In this document: piece after piece, positions 47,681 to 57,434 of the stretch
Layout: each line of letters starts with the position of its first letter
How positions within the stretch are numbered: the first letter of the stretch is position 1
From: Parcubacteria group bacterium
GTDB lineage: Bacteria; Patescibacteriota; Minisyncoccia; Phycocordibacterales; UBA2100
Length of the DNA: 64,000 nucleotides
Assembly: GCA_943358385.1 (NCBI GenBank)
Contig: CALRGX010000002.1
Span: forward strand, 9,718-73,717
Direction of reading: 5' to 3'
The notes under the pieces: model-generated
The model's database searches: none
The model's input: only the letters and a program-made list of their open reading frames with translations
Told to the model about the DNA's origin: nothing
Made by a program: the position numbers and the translations under genes

Positions 47681-48346
47681 ATGAACCGCGAGGTGCCGTT
47701 GAGTACCGGAGAGGTGTACCACGTATACAACCGTGGCGCACATAAACAAAAGGTCTTCACCAGTCCCATAGACTATGCTCGCTTTCAGCTGCTGCTCTAT
47801 TTAGGTAACGCAAAAGACCCGGTGCACATGGGGAACCTCCTCTCAAAATATAAAGGACCGACCTTTATAAAAATCTACCAAGAGCACGACATATCAAAGG
47901 AAGAAAAATTGGTCGACATCCTCGCATACTCGCTACTACCAAACCATTTTCACCTCGTCCTGAAGCAAAAGGTGAATGGCGGTATCTCACTGTTTCTAAA
48001 AAAAGTGGCCACAGCATATTCCATGTACTTTAATGGCAAGTACGACCACAGTGGCACCTTGTTCCAAGGGCGCTTTAAAAGTAGTCATGTAGACACGCCG
48101 GAATATTTGCGATGGCTTTTTGCGTATGTGTATCTTAACGCTGCCGATTTGTGCAAAGAAAATGCACTCGCAAAGAAAACCACATTCCTGCGCCAGTATA
48201 GATACAGCAGCCTTCCGGATGCACTCGATGAGGGGAGGCCCGAGCGTTCGATAGTAGCTATCGAAACCCTACTAACCGATTTCAAAGAAGATCACACTGC
48301 CGACATTATCGAGCTCACCAGAATTATAAAGGACCGACCTTTATAA
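47681..48346 (+). CDS. REP-associated tyrosine transposase (RAYT / TnpA_REP, IS200-like HuH Y1 transposase)
   Basis: Motifs YHVYNRG, HuH NHFHLVL, and LFQGRFKS...YVYLNAADL (compare the RAYT consensus YHV..RG, HxHLL, LFQGRYK, YVHLNPVRA). Flanked by REP copies in opposite orientations. One REP copy lies inside the CDS and one overlaps its stop. Confidence 0.75.
   Translation: MNREVPLSTGEVYHVYNRGAHKQKVFTSPIDYARFQLLLYLGNAKDPVHMGNLLSKYKGPTFIKIYQEHDISKEEKLVDILAYSLLPNHFHLVLKQKVNGGISLFLKKVATAYSMYFNGKYDHSGTLFQGRFKSSHVDTPEYLRWLFAYVYLNAADLCKENALAKKTTFLRQYRYSSLPDALDEGRPERSIVAIETLLTDFKEDHTADIIELTRIIKDRPL
47848..47870. repeat. REP-like palindrome copy in ggaccgacc orientation, embedded in-frame in the RAYT CDS
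   Basis: aatataaaggaccgacctttata encodes KYKGPTFI. Confidence 0.75.
48325..48346. repeat. REP-like palindrome copy in ggaccgacc orientation, overlapping the RAYT stop codon
   Basis: ttataaaggaccgacctttataa encodes IKDRPL*. Confidence 0.75.
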
Positions 48347-48369
48347 TGCGGTTTGACCAAGGGTGGCGG

Positions 48370-48526
48370 CTGGGGTACGATGCGCCCACTGGACCGGAGA
48401 CAGTAGGTGGAGCCTCTAAACAGGCACCGTAACGCGAAAGCGCCTACCGAGGTTTGCCCGCCTTTGGCGGGGAACACTCCTTTCAGTTGGTCGATTAGTT
48501 TCTTACGAAACGAAAAACAAACACGT
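48370..48526 (+). promoter_or_regulatory. candidate L10 (rplJ) leader: a structured 5' UTR typical of the rplJL autoregulatory region
   Basis: About 160-nt GC-rich untranslated region with paired segments (gggtggcggctgggg... / ...gcccgcctttggcgggg) immediately upstream of rplJ. Confidence 0.35.
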
Positions 48527-49018
48527 ATGGCAAAAACAAAAGCACAGAAACAAGAAATGCTTACTCGCCTTACCGAAGCACTGAAGAAGACCGGGTCATC
48601 AGCACTCGTGCATTTCAAAGGTGTTTCAGTGGCAGAAGAGTCAGCAATGCGCCGTTCCTTGCGGGAACAGGGACTCGCGTACTTTGTTTCCAAGAAGACG
48701 CTCATTAAGAAAGTGCTCACGGACAACGGGTTCGCGCTTCCAGAGCTTGGTGGTGAGGTGGCAGTGATTTACAACACTACGTCTACCGATACGACCGCTC
48801 CAGCGCGCCTCGCGCACGAGTTTAGCAAAAATCTCGGCGGCGAACGCTTCGCACTCTTGGCAGGTATCTTTGAAGAAAAGATTCAGGACAAGAAAGGTAT
48901 TACCGAGATTGCAACGATTCCATCAATGGATATCTTGCGCGGTATGTTTGCGAACGTGCTCAACTCACCGATGCAACGATTCGCTATTGCACTTTCTGAA
49001 GTGGCAAAGACTAAATAA
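48527..49018 (+). CDS. rplJ: 50S ribosomal protein L10
   Basis: MAKTKAQKQEMLTRLTEALKKTGSSALVHFKGVSVAEESAMRRSLRE... matches L10. Followed by rplL. Confidence 0.9.
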   Translation: MAKTKAQKQEMLTRLTEALKKTGSSALVHFKGVSVAEESAMRRSLREQGLAYFVSKKTLIKKVLTDNGFALPELGGEVAVIYNTTSTDTTAPARLAHEFSKNLGGERFALLAGIFEEKIQDKKGITEIATIPSMDILRGMFANVLNSPMQRFAIALSEVAKTK

Positions 49019-49039
49019 TTACTCATCAACACGAACACT

Positions 49040-49438
49040 ATGGAACCAACAACAAACACACCAGAAGTCGTTATCCCAGAGTTTGCAAAGGGGATTATCG
49101 ATCAGGTTGAAAAGATGACCGTTCTCGAGCTCAATGCACTCGTGAAGGCAATCGAGACAAAGTGGGGCGTTTCTGCAACAGCAGTTGCAGCAGCAGGTCC
49201 TGCAGCGGGCCCGGCAGCAGAAGAGAAGACTGAGTTTACTGTAGAACTTACCGAAGCTGGCGCGCAGAAAATTGCAGTCATCAAGGTAGTGAAGGAAGCG
49301 CTCGGGCTTGGTTTGAAAGAGGCTAAGGATATCGTAGAAGGAGCTCCGAAAGTTCTCAAGGAAGGTATCAAGAAGGAGGAGGCTGACGAACTCAAGAAGA
49401 AGGTAGAGGAGGCCGGCGGAAAGGTAACTCTGAAATAA
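49040..49438 (+). CDS. rplL: 50S ribosomal protein L7/L12
   Basis: N-terminal dimerisation region, Ala/Pro/Glu hinge, C-terminal [56 protein letters not shown]. Confidence 0.95.
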   Translation: MEPTTNTPEVVIPEFAKGIIDQVEKMTVLELNALVKAIETKWGVSATAVAAAGPAAGPAAEEKTEFTVELTEAGAQKIAVIKVVKEALGLGLKEAKDIVEGAPKVLKEGIKKEEADELKKKVEEAGGKVTLK

Positions 49439-49561
49439 GTGCACGCTTCACCGCGAGTACTGTAAGGTCACCGAAAGTAGCGCTGCCATGAGGTGCCGAA
49501 TCCAGCAGGATTCGGCCAAGGCGGTAAAGTCACCTTCACATAACAACGAATGTTGTTTTGC

Positions 49562-49587
49562 AAAAGAGACCCGTAAGGGTCTCTTTT
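49562..49587 (+). terminator. terminator after rplL
   Basis: aaaagagaccc-gtaa-gggtctctttt. Confidence 0.7.
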
Positions 49588-49722
49588 GCATTGGGGGCAT
49601 GAAGTCGCTCCGATCCTAAGAGCATCTTGCGCACAGAGCATGCCTGTGGTCTCGTCCATGGGTTCCCAAAAGTGACCTGAGTGCTAGAATCAACAGATAT
49701 CCCCCTATACCGAATCGACACC

Positions 49723-50355
49723 ATGGCAAAAACAGACTTTCTCGCAGAACTTTTAGACAACCAAGTACGCGCAAAAATTATTAGACTTTTCTGTGCCACG
49801 CCCGCCGCATGCTTTACCGCAGAGGAGATCACACAGCGTTCTCAAATTCCTTCCGCAAAGACTACTGAGAAAGAGTTAAAAGTTTTGCAGAAGCTTGGGT
49901 TGGTTCGCCCCACGCGCTGCGCGCGCGAAGTAAAACAGAAAAGTGGTGGCTCTGGCCGCAAAGTACAGGTCCCCGGGTGGACGGGTAATCCAACCAACGA
50001 TTACTTCAAGGTGCTCGGTGTGTTCGTGCGCGACACTGAACCCGCAGCCGAAGAAAGTATTCTAGGTAAACTCAAAGGTGCTGGAAACATAAAGCTGGTG
50101 GTGGCATCTGGTTTTTTTGCGGCGGTTGAAAATAATCCCAGCAGAATTGATCTGCTTATTGTGGGAGAAAAACTCAACGAACGTAAAATTGCATCAGCAC
50201 TGCGTTCCATCGAAGCGCAGCACGGTAGAGAAATTGCTTACGCTGCCTTCTCGACTCAGGATTTCCGCTATCGTCTCGACATCTACGACCGCCTCATTCG
50301 CGACGTATTGGACTACCCGCATCACGTACTGCTGGACTTGTTGAAAGTGTTTTAA
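49723..50355 (+). CDS. hypothetical protein with an N-terminal winged-helix-like region
   Basis: 211-aa ORF from the internal Met; no firm family assignment. Confidence 0.45.
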   Translation: MAKTDFLAELLDNQVRAKIIRLFCATPAACFTAEEITQRSQIPSAKTTEKELKVLQKLGLVRPTRCAREVKQKSGGSGRKVQVPGWTGNPTNDYFKVLGVFVRDTEPAAEESILGKLKGAGNIKLVVASGFFAAVENNPSRIDLLIVGEKLNERKIASALRSIEAQHGREIAYAAFSTQDFRYRLDIYDRLIRDVLDYPHHVLLDLLKVF

Positions 50356-50469
50356 GTGTATCCACAAAATGTTTCATAAATGGCGAGCGGGCAGAGTCCC
50401 GCTCGCTATACTTTCTGTACCGGTCGAATACTTGTATTCACTATTTATCAAGCAACTATATAGATATCT

Positions 50470-51165
50470 ATGATCGTGCAACAGTGGGCAGACGTGTTCA
50501 CTCGCTCGTTTCAGGACCTCTCCTGGGTAGTGGTGCAATTCGCGCCACGCATCGTATTTGCCGTCGTCATTTTCATGATTGGCTGGCTCATTGGTGCGAT
50601 ACTCGGACGCATTGTCGCGCAGCTCATGCGCGCATTGAAAGTCGATCACGCATTGAAAGGTGCTGGTTTGGAAGAGGTAGTAACGCGCGCGGGTTTCAGC
50701 TTGAATGCTGGAAAGTTTGTGGGCGAATTGGTGAAGTGGTTTATCGTGGTCATCTTCTTGAGCGCATCGCTTGAGTTCTTGGGCCTGACCCAGGTAACCA
50801 TCTTCTTACAGGATGTAGTCTTGTTGTATCTTCCAAAAGTGATTGTCGCAGCATTGATACTCATCTTGGCCGCTGTCATTGCGGAGATGGCAAAAAGTGC
50901 AGTGGTCGCTTCGGCCCGTGCAGCAGGGGCGCACTCAGTTCATTTGGTGGGGAGTGTTACGAAATGGTCTATTTGGATTTTTGCAGTACTCGCTGCATTG
51001 GTACAGATTGGCATCGCCGTAGCGCTGCTGCAGACCCTATTCACAGGGTTTGTGATTGCGTTTGCTTTGGCATTCGGTCTTGCATTTGGGCTTGGTGGCA
51101 AGGAACATGCATCGGATTTCATCGCGAAACTTCGCAAGGAGGTCTCGCACGAAGACAAGAAGTAA
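50470..51165 (+). CDS. membrane protein with repeated conserved TM-helix segments (mechanosensitive-channel N-terminal-like / CmpX-like)
   Basis: Four to five hydrophobic helices with repeated A/V-rich patterns; K/E-rich C-terminal tail. Confidence 0.5.
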   Translation: MIVQQWADVFTRSFQDLSWVVVQFAPRIVFAVVIFMIGWLIGAILGRIVAQLMRALKVDHALKGAGLEEVVTRAGFSLNAGKFVGELVKWFIVVIFLSASLEFLGLTQVTIFLQDVVLLYLPKVIVAALILILAAVIAEMAKSAVVASARAAGAHSVHLVGSVTKWSIWIFAVLAALVQIGIAVALLQTLFTGFVIAFALAFGLAFGLGGKEHASDFIAKLRKEVSHEDKK

Positions 51166-51182
51166 CCTTTTGTCAGGTGCCT

Positions 51183-51215
51183 GGTCAAACCCGCCACATG
51201 GCGGGTTTGACTTTG
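51183..51215 (+). terminator. terminator
   Basis: ggtcaaacccgcc-acat-ggcgggtttgac followed by tttg. Confidence 0.7.
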
Positions 51216-51553
51216 CACGAGACCAGCCGATTCTTTCGCAAAGCCTCGCGCAGCCGGGCCCGCACACATTACGTGCTTTTCACACAAAGTGTGCGGGCGG
51301 GTAGACGAGCGGAGCAAAATCGCACCAGCGATGTATGTGTGCTTTTCGGACGGTTCGGCAAAAGATACCGGCGAAACCCACGTACATAACCTTTCTCTGA
51401 AAGGGACCCTTTTACGGACGGACCATGACAAGAAAGCCCCTCTAACGGGGTGTGGTACAGGATGCCGTGCGGCGGAAAATCCCTATAAAGTAAGAGTTTT
51501 GGCGGGGTGGGCCCCATGTGGTGGCAATATAGACAGTGATTTGGAGAAAACCC

Positions 51554-51582
51554 TTGACTTCACACAATCCTTCGCCTATACT
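51554..51582 (+). promoter_or_regulatory. candidate sigma70 promoter for the 23S-5S rRNA operon
   Basis: TTGACT, then 17 nt, then TATACT, about 330 nt upstream of the 23S 5' end. Confidence 0.45.
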
Positions 51583-52455
51583 CGCCACACCTTATGAGTA
51601 CTAACAAAAGCCCGAAGTAGAGCGGTTGGACCGGTCGAAAGGCCTTTCCAGAAGCCGCGTTGAAGCGGCCTTTTTAGTGCAAGGAGTAAGGGAGAACGTT
51701 GACACACAAGGATTCATTTATTGGAGATGAATTCTTTCATATACGAAATTAAAACAACATGCAGAAATGCGTGTTGATGAATCAATCAATTGCAGGCTTC
51801 ATACCGCTACGGTGGTATGAATAAAAAATGTATGACGAACATACTGAACATATGTTCGTTCGAGATCTGTACCAACGCGAAGGCGGAGGTATAGAAATCA
51901 ATCACAATGCGGTTCTTAGAATTTCTAACAGGAGATTCTAATAAGGGCGTATGGTGGATGCCTTGACTGAAGAGAGCGATGAAGGACGTGGTCTGGCTGC
52001 GAAATGCATCGGGGAGCTGCCAAACAAGCTTCGATCCGGTGATGTCCGAATGGGGAAACCCTATTGAGTAACCCTCAATAACTTTGCACTAGCAAAGAGC
52101 ATACCTCGGGAAGTGAAACATCTCAGTACCGAGAGGAAAAGAAAACAATTGTTATTCCCTTAGTAGCGGCGAGCGAAACGGGAGGAGCCCAAACTTAATT
52201 GAGATCAAGGGGAGCATTTCCATGTTCCTCCTGATCTCGGTTAGGGGTTGTAAGGCGTTAGCGCTGTGTTTACACAGGAAGAGTTACAAAGTTTTTGGTT
52301 AGCAGAATCATCTGGAAAGATGAGCCCCAGCGGGTAATAGCCCCGTATGCGAAAATCAAAAGCCTCTTTGGCTAATGTCCTTGAGTAACTCAAGACACGA
52401 ATAGCTTGAGTGAATCTACCGGAACTAACCGGTAAGGCTACATATCTCTTCAGAT

Positions 52456-52498
<43 letters not shown>

Positions 52499-53928
52499 GG
52501 TGAGGGGAGTGAAATAGACCTGAAACCATATGTCTACAAGGAGTCGAAGAGGGCGTAAGTCCTCGACGGCGTGCCTATTGAAGAATGAGCCAACGAGTTG
52601 ATGCATTCGGCTTGCCTAAGAGGTGAACCCTCGGAGGCGTAGTGAAAGCGAGCGTGAATAGCGCGTTTGTCGTTTGTATCAGACCCGAAGCCAGGTGAGC
52701 TACCCATGAGCAGGCTGAACGCTATCGAAAGATAGCGGGAGGGCCGAACCGGTGAGTAATGCAACGCTCTCGGATGACTTGTGGGTTGGAGTGAAAAGCT
52801 TATCGAACTTGGTAATAGCTGGTTCTCTCCGAAACAGCTTTTGGGTTGGCGTCGCGTGTTCCTTGTGGGGGTAGAGCACTGGAAGGATTAAACAGGGCTT
52901 CGGCTCATTAATCCTATCAAACTCCGAATACCACAAATTAATAGCGCGGCAGTTAGTCCGTGGGGGCTAAGCTCCACAGGACAAAAGGGAAACAGCCCTA
53001 GATCGCCAGTTAAGGTCCCTAAATTAACGCTCAGTGTAAGCAAGGAGGTGAAGTTTCTTTGACAGTGAGGATGTTGGCTTAGAAGCAGCCACCATTTAAA
53101 GAAAGCGTAACAGCTCACTCACTCAGAGACTTTGCGCCGAAGATGATCGGGACTCAAGCGTTATACCGAAACTGCGGGTTCGCATATTTTTAATATGTGA
53201 GCGGTAGGAGAGCGTTCCATTCCGCGATGAAGGCAAAGGGGTGACCCATGCTGGAGCGTGTGGAAGTGAAAATGTTGGCACGAGTAACCGCAATGCGGGT
53301 GAGATTCCCGCACGCCGAAAGACCAAGGTTTCCTTCGCAATGGAGATCAGCGAAGGGTTAGCCGGGCCTAAGCCGATGGCGAAAGCCGAAGGTGATGGAC
53401 ACAGGGTTAATATTCCCTGGCTCGGACGTGGTGCGATGAGATGACGGAGGGTAGTAGTGTGCGCCCCTTATTGGTTTGGGGTCATTGCTCTGAGGGTGCT
53501 GGCGAGGTAAATCCCGTCCGCATAGCCCAAGGAGAGATGAGAACTGTGCTTCGGCACAGGAATGCACATGAGCACGCTTTCAAGAAAAGTCTCTAAGCAT
53601 AACCACGTACGATCCGTACCAGAAACCGACACAGGTGGTCAGGTCGAGTAGACCAAGGCGAACAAGTGAGTGCTCCTTAAGGAACTCGGCAAAAAAGCGG
53701 CCGTAACTTCGGGATATGGCCTGCCCCTCGCAAGAGGGGCCGCAGCGAAAGATTCCCTGACAACTGTTTACCAAAAACACAGCTCCCTGCGAACTCGTAA
53801 GAGGATGTATAGGGGGTGACACCTGACCAATGCCGGAAGGTCAAGTATGGGGGGTGCATGGATTTATCCATGTGCTGGACTATATAAGCCCCGGTCAATG
53901 TCGGCGATAACTATAATCGTCCTAAGGT

Positions 53929-54195
53929 TCCGCATTTCTCGCAAGAGGAATGCGGAAGGACTGGGACGATTATGGAGAAAAGGGTAAACAGAAATATCTA
54001 CACTAAAAAAGCTACCTTGTGCCCGCGCAGCAATGCGTCACGCACTTGTCCAAAACATGACTATATGATGATGGGTCCGAAACCGATCATCAGGCAATCC
54101 TCAGCGCAAGCGAATGGAGGCCATAGAGACTATACGCCATGTACCTTTTGCGAAAGCAGAAGGTAAAGAAATAGTCCAACGTAAAGGAATAGTTG
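53929..54195 (+). mobile_element. ORF-less group I intron in the 23S rRNA (helix 69-71 region, near E. coli position 1931)
   Basis: The 23S exon sequence cctaaggT / AGCGtAATTCCTTGTCGGG is interrupted by about 267 nt. The insert has GACTA...TAGTC P7-like pairing (agagactatacg ... aatagtcc) and ends in G. The upstream exon ends in U. Confidence 0.55.
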
Positions 54196-54858
54196 AGCGT
54201 AATTCCTTGTCGGGTAAATTCCGACGTGCACGAATGGTGTAATGATTGGGGAACTGTCTCAAGGAGCAGCTTGGTGAAAATACAGTACCGGTGAAGATGC
54301 CGGTTACCTGCAGCTAGACGAAAAGACCCCAGAAGCTTTACTGCAGCTTCATATTGGGGATACGAAAATACTGCGTAGCATAGGTGGGAGAGGTTGAAGT
54401 GATCCTTTAGGGGGTCATGGACTCGTCAGTGAAATACCACTCTTTATTTTTGTATCTTCTAACCTGGGTAGCAAAAATGCACAGGAACAGTATGTGGCAG
54501 GTAGTTTAAGTGGGGCGCTTTCCTCCTAAAAAGTAACGGAGGAGCTTATTAAGGTCACCTAGGCGCGGATGGAAACCGTGCCGATAGTGTAATGGCAAAA
54601 GGTGGCTTGACTGCGAGACGTAGGTGTCAAGCAGGTGCGAAAGCAGAACATAGTGAACCGACCTTCCGCGTTAGATGCGGGGGGAGATTAACCGATAAAA
54701 GTTACTCTGGGGATAACAGGCTAGTTCCGCCTAAGAGTCCAAATCGACGGCGGAGTTCGGCACCTCGATGTCGGCTCACCTTATCCCGGGGCTGGAGAAG
54801 GTCCCAAGGGTTTGGCTGTTCGCCAATTAAAAAGGTACGCGAGCTGGGTTCAGACCGT

Positions 54859-55164
54859 TCAGGATGCGAGAGCTAAGGCACGCAAGTGCACGCTCACATT
54901 CGTGTCCTGAACACGTCTGAACTCCGAGGAATACTTAGTTAGACAATTCACGGCGGCTCTCTATAGAAATACAGAGATGCATGTCTGACATATTTCGGTA
55001 GACGCAACCACGACCTAACCTGGCGTGGGTAAAGCAATACCGAGGGAATCTTGAGCGAAAGCGATAGAGCCCGTAGAGACTACACGTCAGATACCTGAAT
55101 CCTGAGCGTAAGCGAAGGAAAGGTAAAGATATAGTCCAGTACATAACACAATCAGTATGTATAG
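54859..55164 (+). mobile_element. ORF-less group I intron in the 23S rRNA (GGGUUUAGAACGU / CGUGAGACAG region, the I-CreI-site neighbourhood)
   Basis: The exon gggttcagaccgT / CGTGAGACAGGTTGGTC is interrupted by about 306 nt containing gtagagactacacg ... atatagtcc (P7-like). It ends in G. The upstream exon ends in U. Confidence 0.55.
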
Positions 55165-55567
55165 CGTGAGACAGGTTGGTCTTAATCTGCTGCAGGCGTT
55201 GATTTTTGAAGAGTTTCGTCCCTAGTACGAGAGGACCGGGATGAACTGACCTCTGGTCTGTGAGCTGTCGCTACCCGCGGCATTGCTCAGTAGCTATGTC
55301 GGGAACGGATAAACGCTGAAAGCATATAAGCGTGAAACCGCCTCTAAGATAAGAAATCATTTGAGACCCGTGAGAGATGATCACGTTGATAGGCACTAGG
55401 TGGAAGTGCAGTAATGCATTGAGCCGAGGTGTACTAATTCGTCGAAGAAACTCCTGTTAGAACTTCTGAGAACCAATCCGACACATACTATGTGTATAGG
55501 ATAGTCATTGTGAAATACAACTTGTAATTGATTGATAAAAGATTCGTGAACTGTAGTGAGTGCTTAC

Positions 55568-55642
55568 GCCCCTGTAGCTCAAGTAGAGCACCCAGGCTTT
55601 GTCTTGGGGAGGCTGCTGGTACAAATCCAGCCAGGGGTACCA
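55568..55642 (+). other. tRNA-like structure with an encoded CCA in the 23S-5S spacer. It is a degenerate tRNA: D-loop without GG, T-loop TACAAAT, imperfect anticodon stem, central TTT.
   Basis: Acceptor GCCCCTG/CAGGGGT plus ACCA, D-arm GCTC-AAGTA-GAGC, T-arm GCTGG-TACAAAT-CCAGC. The anticodon arm pairs only 4/5 with loop GCTTTGT. Confidence 0.4.
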
Positions 55643-55738
55643 CTCCGCTATTCTCCACACATTGAGTGTTTTGAGTAGCTTGGGCGAACTATACATTCGC
55701 TCACTCACTAGAGTTCACGAAAAGTATTGAATGTTTTG

Positions 55739-55865
55739 TGTTGGTGCTTTGTCGGAGGGGTGAGAATGTGCGGGGCACATTCGCAAGGCCGCAGCACTGG
55801 TGCGAGGCGGGGTAGCGGAACTTTTCAGCAGAAAAGTATACGTGACACACCCGTTTTCATTCAAT
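55739..55865 (+). repeat. partial, disrupted 5S rRNA pseudo-copy upstream of the intact 5S gene
   Basis: tgtgttggtgctttgtcggagggg at 55739-55762 is identical to the 5' end of the 5S gene at 55909-55932. acacccgttttcattc at 55848-55863 resembles the 5S ccacccgttctcattcc. Confidence 0.45.
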
Positions 55866-55910
55866 AAAATTTAAAGTAAACTCAAGTGTTCATGTACATC
55901 GAATATTGTG

Positions 55911-56019
55911 TGTTGGTGCTTTGTCGGAGGGGGTCCACCCGTTCTCATTCCGAACACGGCAGTTAAGCCTTCCTGAGGCAATGGTAGTCCGCAAGGGCGA
56001 GAGTAGCTCGGCGCCAACA
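55911..56019 (+). rRNA. rrf: 5S ribosomal RNA
   Basis: ccgaacacggcagttaagcc...atggtagt...gagagtagc conserved 5S motifs. Confidence 0.85.
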
Positions 56020-56048
56020 CAGAGTGTTTGATGAATTGTTTCTGTACG

Positions 56049-56072
56049 AAAGCCACCGCAAGGTGGTTTTTG
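56049..56072 (+). terminator. terminator after the 5S gene
   Basis: aaagccacc-gcaa-ggtggttttt. Confidence 0.7.
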
Positions 56073-56258
56073 CACATCATGTGTAGTTTCATATGCCGGC
56101 TCATACTGCCACCAGTAAGACGCTGTGCGCTCTCTCACCGATGTGAAGATACAACCGCCTTATTCCAAAAGTATCGCCGTAGGTGCGCATTGGTTTGGTA
56201 TAAGCACCAACAGGAACACCCCGCTACCTATGTAGCGGGGTGTTGTGCGTGAGGAACC

Positions 56259-56561
56259 TTACTCTCGTTCGATAGATTTGCAGAAGGTAACCCCCTGATT
56301 ATCGATTGCATGGCGCAGGATAGCTCGCGCCGATTGCCCCCGCAGATCCTTCAATGTAGACGAACAGGTGTGCATGTTTGTTTTCAGAACGTCTTCCAGG
56401 AGTGTTTTCGCTGCATCAATCGCTGTTTGAGGTGACTCCTCGACTTCAGCTGCTCTCCGCAGAGCCTCTGCGCAAGTCACGTGCTCCACATTTATGATGA
56501 TACTTACTCCTAGTAGTAATGCGCGCAGCGGTGCTTCAGGGTGGTCGCCGTGAATGTACAT
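56259..56561 (-). CDS. hypothetical protein (100 aa)
   Basis: AAGGAGG RBS 5 nt before the ATG (MYIHGDHPEAPL...). Confidence 0.5.
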   Translation of the reverse strand: MYIHGDHPEAPLRALLLGVSIIINVEHVTCAEALRRAAEVEESPQTAIDAAKTLLEDVLKTNMHTCSSTLKDLRGQSARAILRHAIDNQGVTFCKSIERE

Positions 56562-56666
56562 AGGATCCTCCTTGGCTGTGCGCAGTATCTCGATTCTCGA
56601 AAAAGGAGTCAAGAAGCAGTATGCGCTTGCTAGACGCTCCGGACGAAACGCTATAAGCTTACCGAT

Positions 56667-57431
56667 ATGTCATGGGCATCACGACGCAAAACTGGATACC
56701 TGCTCGGTGTTTTCATTTTCTTTGCGTTACCAATAAGTATCATCGGTTTCTTTTTATGGTATGAGGCGCCCACCTGTTTTGATGGCCTCTTGAATGGAGG
56801 TGAAAGTGCGATTGATAAAGGCGGGCCGTGCGAACTCTTGGATGAGCGCGCTCTCATTCCGCACGCGGTTCTGTGGGCGCGCCCATTTATGGTGCGTGCA
56901 GGACTTTTCAACGCGGTCGCGTATATAGAAAATCCAAACCAAGAAGCTGGTGTTGAGCGGGTAAGCTATCGCATTCGTCTCTACGATACGAATAACGTAT
57001 TGGTGGCCGAACGCGTAGGGGAGACCTATATCATTCCTGGGGCGATTACTCCCGTGTTTGAAGGCAGTATCGATACGGGTTCGCGTATTGCGGTGCGTGC
57101 ATTCTTCGAGTTTACCGAGCCATTAGTCTGGCACCGCCTAGGAGGGATTGCACACACGGTCCCTGTATCCAACAAGCAGCTTGATGCAGTAGATACAGCC
57201 CCACGCTTGGATGCACGAGTAGTAAACACAGAGCCGCGCGATCGAGAAAATTTGCGGATGGTCGCGGTCATTTTTGACGCAGCGGGAAATGCGTTTGCAG
57301 CCTCTCAGACCGTCTTGCCGCTCCTTGTGGGTAAAGGACAAACCAACATTTCTTTCACGTGGCCTGTGCCATTTGAGCGCGAAGCGGCTCGAGTGGACAT
57401 ATTGCCACTCTTAGCACCCGTAGGGCTCTGA
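56667..57431 (+). CDS. membrane-anchored hypothetical protein immediately upstream of the SEDS-family gene
   Basis: N-terminal TM LLGVFIFFALPISIIGFFLWY; 4-nt gap to the next gene. Confidence 0.5.
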   Translation: MSWASRRKTGYLLGVFIFFALPISIIGFFLWYEAPTCFDGLLNGGESAIDKGGPCELLDERALIPHAVLWARPFMVRAGLFNAVAYIENPNQEAGVERVSYRIRLYDTNNVLVAERVGETYIIPGAITPVFEGSIDTGSRIAVRAFFEFTEPLVWHRLGGIAHTVPVSNKQLDAVDTAPRLDARVVNTEPRDRENLRMVAVIFDAAGNAFAASQTVLPLLVGKGQTNISFTWPVPFEREAARVDILPLLAPVGL

Positions 57432-57434
57432 TGT

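Noticed and set aside
51213-51910. Possible 16S rRNA or tRNA upstream of the 23S
   Set aside because: No 16S-like sequence (e.g. the 530-loop or 1492 regions) and no cloverleaf were found. The 23S-5S unit appears unlinked from the 16S within this window.
53972-54166. 64-aa ORF inside the first 23S intron, considered as a homing endonuclease
   Set aside because: It is too short and has no LAGLIDADG, GIY-YIG, HNH or His-Cys box motifs. It is a chance ORF in structured RNA.
55568-55642. Calling the spacer cloverleaf a functional tRNA-Lys(UUU)
   Set aside because: The D-loop lacks the G18-G19 pair, the T-loop is TACAAAT, and the anticodon stem is mismatched. It is reported as a tRNA-like element only.
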